This document shows positions 14,458 through 17,057 of a stretch of 17,057 nt of DNA, one piece after another (the stretch's first letter is position 1; every line of letters starts with the position of its first letter). The stretch spans positions 1 to 17,057 of the forward strand of contig CAZJVP010000043.1 of NCBI GenBank assembly GCA_964549615.1, read 5' to 3'. The notes below the pieces were generated by a model. It ran no database searches, was not told the origin of the DNA, and worked only from the letters and a program-made list of their open reading frames with translations. Origin of the DNA: an uncultured Thermococci archaeon. GTDB taxonomy: Archaea > CAYQAE01 > CAYVLA01. The translations under genes were made by a program, and so were the position numbers.

Positions 14458-15053
14458 CCGGCCTCTCCGAGATCAGCTCCCTCCTGAGAACCTGCATCGA
14501 AGCGTTCATGGTTGGCGAGGCCCCCATAGTTCTGAGGGGCTGGAAGAATACGTGCAGCGAGGTTGAGTTGGTCCTGCTCAGCGATGCGGACCTGGAGGCC
14601 TTCGTGGAGGCCCTGAAGAAGGCAGGCTACGAGGAGACGCTCTACCTAAGGTACAAGAAGTACCTGGCGATAGATCTGTACCTTAAGTCCTTCTCGGAGT
14701 ACATCATCAGCGATGAGATGTTGAGGCGGGCCTTCGACACGGACCTTGGAAACTTAAGGCTCAAGATCGCAAGCCCGGAGGACGTCATACTCCTCAAGTC
14801 CAGCTCCACCCGGGACAGCGACTACGTCGACACACGTTTGCTGCTGAACAAGATAAGGCCCGACTGGAGCGTCGTTGTGTCGGAGCTTGACAACCAGGTC
14901 AACCGGTACGGTGCGAGCGATTACGCCGGCATAATGCTTCTGGCAACAGTCAATGACCTCAGGAGGAGGAAGTACCAGATTCCGGACAGCGTGCCAAGGG
15001 AGATAGTGAAGGCGATACAGAAGGACCTGCGCTCGGCTCCGGCTCCGATCTAG
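14391..15053 (+). CDS. DUF6036/AbiEii-like nucleotidyltransferase-fold protein (220 aa) with altered catalytic motifs
   Basis: GTG 14391 with GGAGGAG SD 8 nt upstream. AFMVGEAPIVLRGWKNTCSEVELVL matches the 'hhhGGxAh...K..T.DhDhh' layout, followed by AIDLY and IASPEDVILLK...R.SD..D. Confidence 0.6.
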   Translation: MEIRAEDYEKILRKGYTGEEVVAGLSEISSLLRTCIEAFMVGEAPIVLRGWKNTCSEVELVLLSDADLEAFVEALKKAGYEETLYLRYKKYLAIDLYLKSFSEYIISDEMLRRAFDTDLGNLRLKIASPEDVILLKSSSTRDSDYVDTRLLLNKIRPDWSVVVSELDNQVNRYGASDYAGIMLLATVNDLRRRKYQIPDSVPREIVKAIQKDLRSAPAPI

Positions 15054-15835
15054 GCCCACAGGGCATCGATCGACCTCTGTATTGCATTGAGGATGCGCCG
15101 CTGGACCTTGCTTCCGGAGGTGCCTGCGGGCACACAGACCGCGACGAAGATATCGCCGTGCCTGGTCAACAGTATCCTTCTTCCCTGCCGCTCGATCTCC
15201 GAAAGCTGCTGCCTGCTCTCCCGGTGCTCCTCCTCGAGCAGCAGGCTCTCACTGAGCGCTTCTGCCTCGGCCTCCGACGGGAGGTGGGAGAACATCACCC
15301 TGTCCTTGTAGACGACGACAAGGCCTTCCGCGCCCAAGGGATCTAGGTCCGACAGCAGCTCAACCAGCCATGCCGGCGTGAACCTTTTGGTGCACCTCCG
15401 GGCATCCCCCGCAAACTCGATCCTGACCGGCGTATCCATCACGCGCTGGAGGATCGCGGCGACTATCATGTCCGGCAGGCATCCGAGTTGCTTCGCCGGC
15501 ATCGATCTGAGCCTGCAATCGTGGAGTCGCGTGCATCCTTCGACGTCGAGGATGATGCTTCTGGCGTCCGCCCGAACCCTTGTCCTTCTTGCCCCCGAAA
15601 GGCTTCGGTGGATCTCCGCCAGCGTCTCCGCAATGGACCGAACGTCCCTTTCGCCCCCAACCAACTCTTCCAACGTGAACTTGGTCCATTCCTCTATGGC
15701 ATCCGCGATCTCCCGATTCGCCTCGGCAATGATGGGGAAGGCGGCGGATGGGGATCTGCCTTCCAAGGAATGCTCTAGGCTGGCGAGCTTGAGCCTTATC
15801 TCCTCCCTGAGCCTTCGATCCATGGCGAGGCTCAT
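15050..15835 (-). CDS. V4R/MetOD-like Cys-containing domain fused to a C-terminal Roadblock/longin/profilin-like domain
   Basis: IILDVEGC....DC...GCLPDMIVAAILQRV...VRIEF.....RCTKRF follows a V4R-like topology with 4 Cys. It is followed by LLSDLDPLGAEGLVVVYKDRVMFSHLP...IERQGRRILLTRHGDIFVAVCV and a terminal helix. ATGA overlap with the upstream gene. Confidence 0.6.
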   Translation of the reverse strand: MSLAMDRRLREEIRLKLASLEHSLEGRSPSAAFPIIAEANREIADAIEEWTKFTLEELVGGERDVRSIAETLAEIHRSLSGARRTRVRADARSIILDVEGCTRLHDCRLRSMPAKQLGCLPDMIVAAILQRVMDTPVRIEFAGDARRCTKRFTPAWLVELLSDLDPLGAEGLVVVYKDRVMFSHLPSEAEAEALSESLLLEEEHRESRQQLSEIERQGRRILLTRHGDIFVAVCVPAGTSGSKVQRRILNAIQRSIDALWA

Positions 15836-16392
15836 CGGGTCACTTCCCTGAGTAGCTCGGATGCAACCTCGCGATTCACCGAGTACTCGAGGTCGCGCTT
15901 CAGAACGAGGCCCTCGTCGATGAGGCGGTTCAGCCTTGCCTTAACCTCTATCGCCCACGCACCGGCCTGTGCGGAAAGCTGTCTTAGCGTCAGCGGCCCC
16001 GGGGCGTCCAGCAGGTATCCGACCACCTGCCTTGCGAGCTTGTCCTCGGCGAGCAGTTGCCTGAGGCGGCTCCTCTCGGGCACGTCACTGAGGTTCAGCA
16101 CGACCTTCGGCTCCTCTATCAGGGTCCCAACCCACCTGATGCTTTCCGCCAGCCTGTAGGCCTTGCGTCTCGATATGGTCTTGCCCTCAAGGATCCCGGC
16201 CTTCCTGAAGTCCTTCACGATCCTGTAAACCGTCCTCTTGGAGATCTTCGTCCTTTTCACTATCTGGGCAACGGACGCCCAAGGGCCCATCCTCGTCAGG
16301 GCCCTGAATATCGCAAGGTGTTTGGGGCTGGCAAAGACGTTGGATATCATCTTCGCGCGGGTCTCAGTATCTTCAGGAATCGCTATGTCCAT
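15832..16392 (-). CDS. Tandem winged-helix (ArsR/TrmB-like) transcription regulator (start ATG 16392 or GTG 16497)
   Basis: Two wHTH units: VFASPKHLAIFRAL...SVAQIVKRTKISKRTVYRIVKDFRKAGIL and LARQVVGYLL...LTLRQLSAQAG...VKARLNRLIDEGLV. Confidence 0.8.
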   Translation of the reverse strand: MDIAIPEDTETRAKMISNVFASPKHLAIFRALTRMGPWASVAQIVKRTKISKRTVYRIVKDFRKAGILEGKTISRRKAYRLAESIRWVGTLIEEPKVVLNLSDVPERSRLRQLLAEDKLARQVVGYLLDAPGPLTLRQLSAQAGAWAIEVKARLNRLIDEGLVLKRDLEYSVNREVASELLREVTR

Positions 16393-16784
16393 GAAACCAT
16401 CCTTCGTCCCCAGCAAAGCAGGGCAGGGCAGCCCTCCCACCCGGGCGCTGGGCCCTGATGCCTCATGGCCGAACGTTTCCAGAACGATGGGACGCACGGT
16501 TCACCTGCGCCTCGGCCTCCGCGGCGGCTGAAAAAGCCCATGCTTTGCCCGTTACGCGGACAGTTCTTGGCGCTCCCTGAAAAGTATTTGCTCACGCTTC
16601 AATCTATGATCGCCGGGCCATACGTCGTCCGTTCGAGGTCTAGCGGGACCAGCTCCCAAGACAGACTGGACGGTGAGCGCAGTAGCCGGTCGGGGGCTTC
16701 GTTGGGGCCTTGGTCAACCGCTTCACTGCCCTCATTCTGAACAAACAAAGCCATGGCGATATCCTAGGTATTTGCATCCCAGAG

Positions 16785-17057
16785 CTAGCCCTGGCTCGGC
16801 CCACCGGAGGGTGGTTTCTGATATTCGATGACCTTGTTGTACTTGGAGCAGAAAAGCTTCCCGGCCTTCAGGGTGTTGAAGCCGCACCTGTTGCAAAGCT
16901 GCCTCTGGGGGGTCCCTCCGCACAGCTCGTGAGGAGGCTTCTCGGCTTTTGCCTTTTCCCTCCTCTCCTCGATTCTCTTTGCCTTCTCCTCCACCTCTCC
17001 CTTCGGGGCTCCCGGCCTGATTATGATGAGGGCCGCTATTCCCAGCGCTGCAAGCGC
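16785..17057 (-). CDS. 3' end of a membrane protein with a TM helix, a charged linker and a Cys4 putative metal-binding tail (5'-truncated)
   Basis: The frame is open to the window edge: ALAALGIAALIII-RPGAPKGEVEEKAKRIEERREKAKAEK-PPHELC-x8-CNRC-x11-CSKYNKVI. Confidence 0.65.
   Translation of the reverse strand, partial: ALAALGIAALIIIRPGAPKGEVEEKAKRIEERREKAKAEKPPHELCGGTPQRQLCNRCGFNTLKAGKLFCSKYNKVIEYQKPPSGGPSQG

Overview
GC-rich archaeal chromosomal window, most likely a TACK-type lineage. This is inferred from the TATA/BRE promoters, AglB, ThiD-ThiN, NcsA plus a ubiquitin-like carrier, and a multi-intron tRNA. Left part (1-8017): an N-glycosylation/cell-surface block with a GT-C-type membrane glycosyltransferase, two divergently transcribed AglB/STT3 paralogs with different catalytic-motif variants, a sequon-rich membrane-anchored protein, a small membrane protein and a GlmU-like enzyme. 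A tRNA-Trp(CCA) gene at 6548-6718 (-), invisible in the ORF track, is split by three introns (21/22, 37/38, 59/60); its anticodon intron contains a K-turn. Middle part (8049-13649): rtcA-purE-rlmE converging on thiDN, a COG2521-like methyltransferase, a ubiquitin-like sulfur carrier and ncsA/ttuA. Right part (13714-17057): an uncharacterised four-gene module (AbiEi-like protein plus a motif-altered DUF6036-like nucleotidyltransferase, converging on a tandem wHTH regulator plus a V4R-Roadblock/longin-like fusion), then a truncated membrane protein with a Cys4 tail. All family calls come from motif recognition by eye, not database searches.
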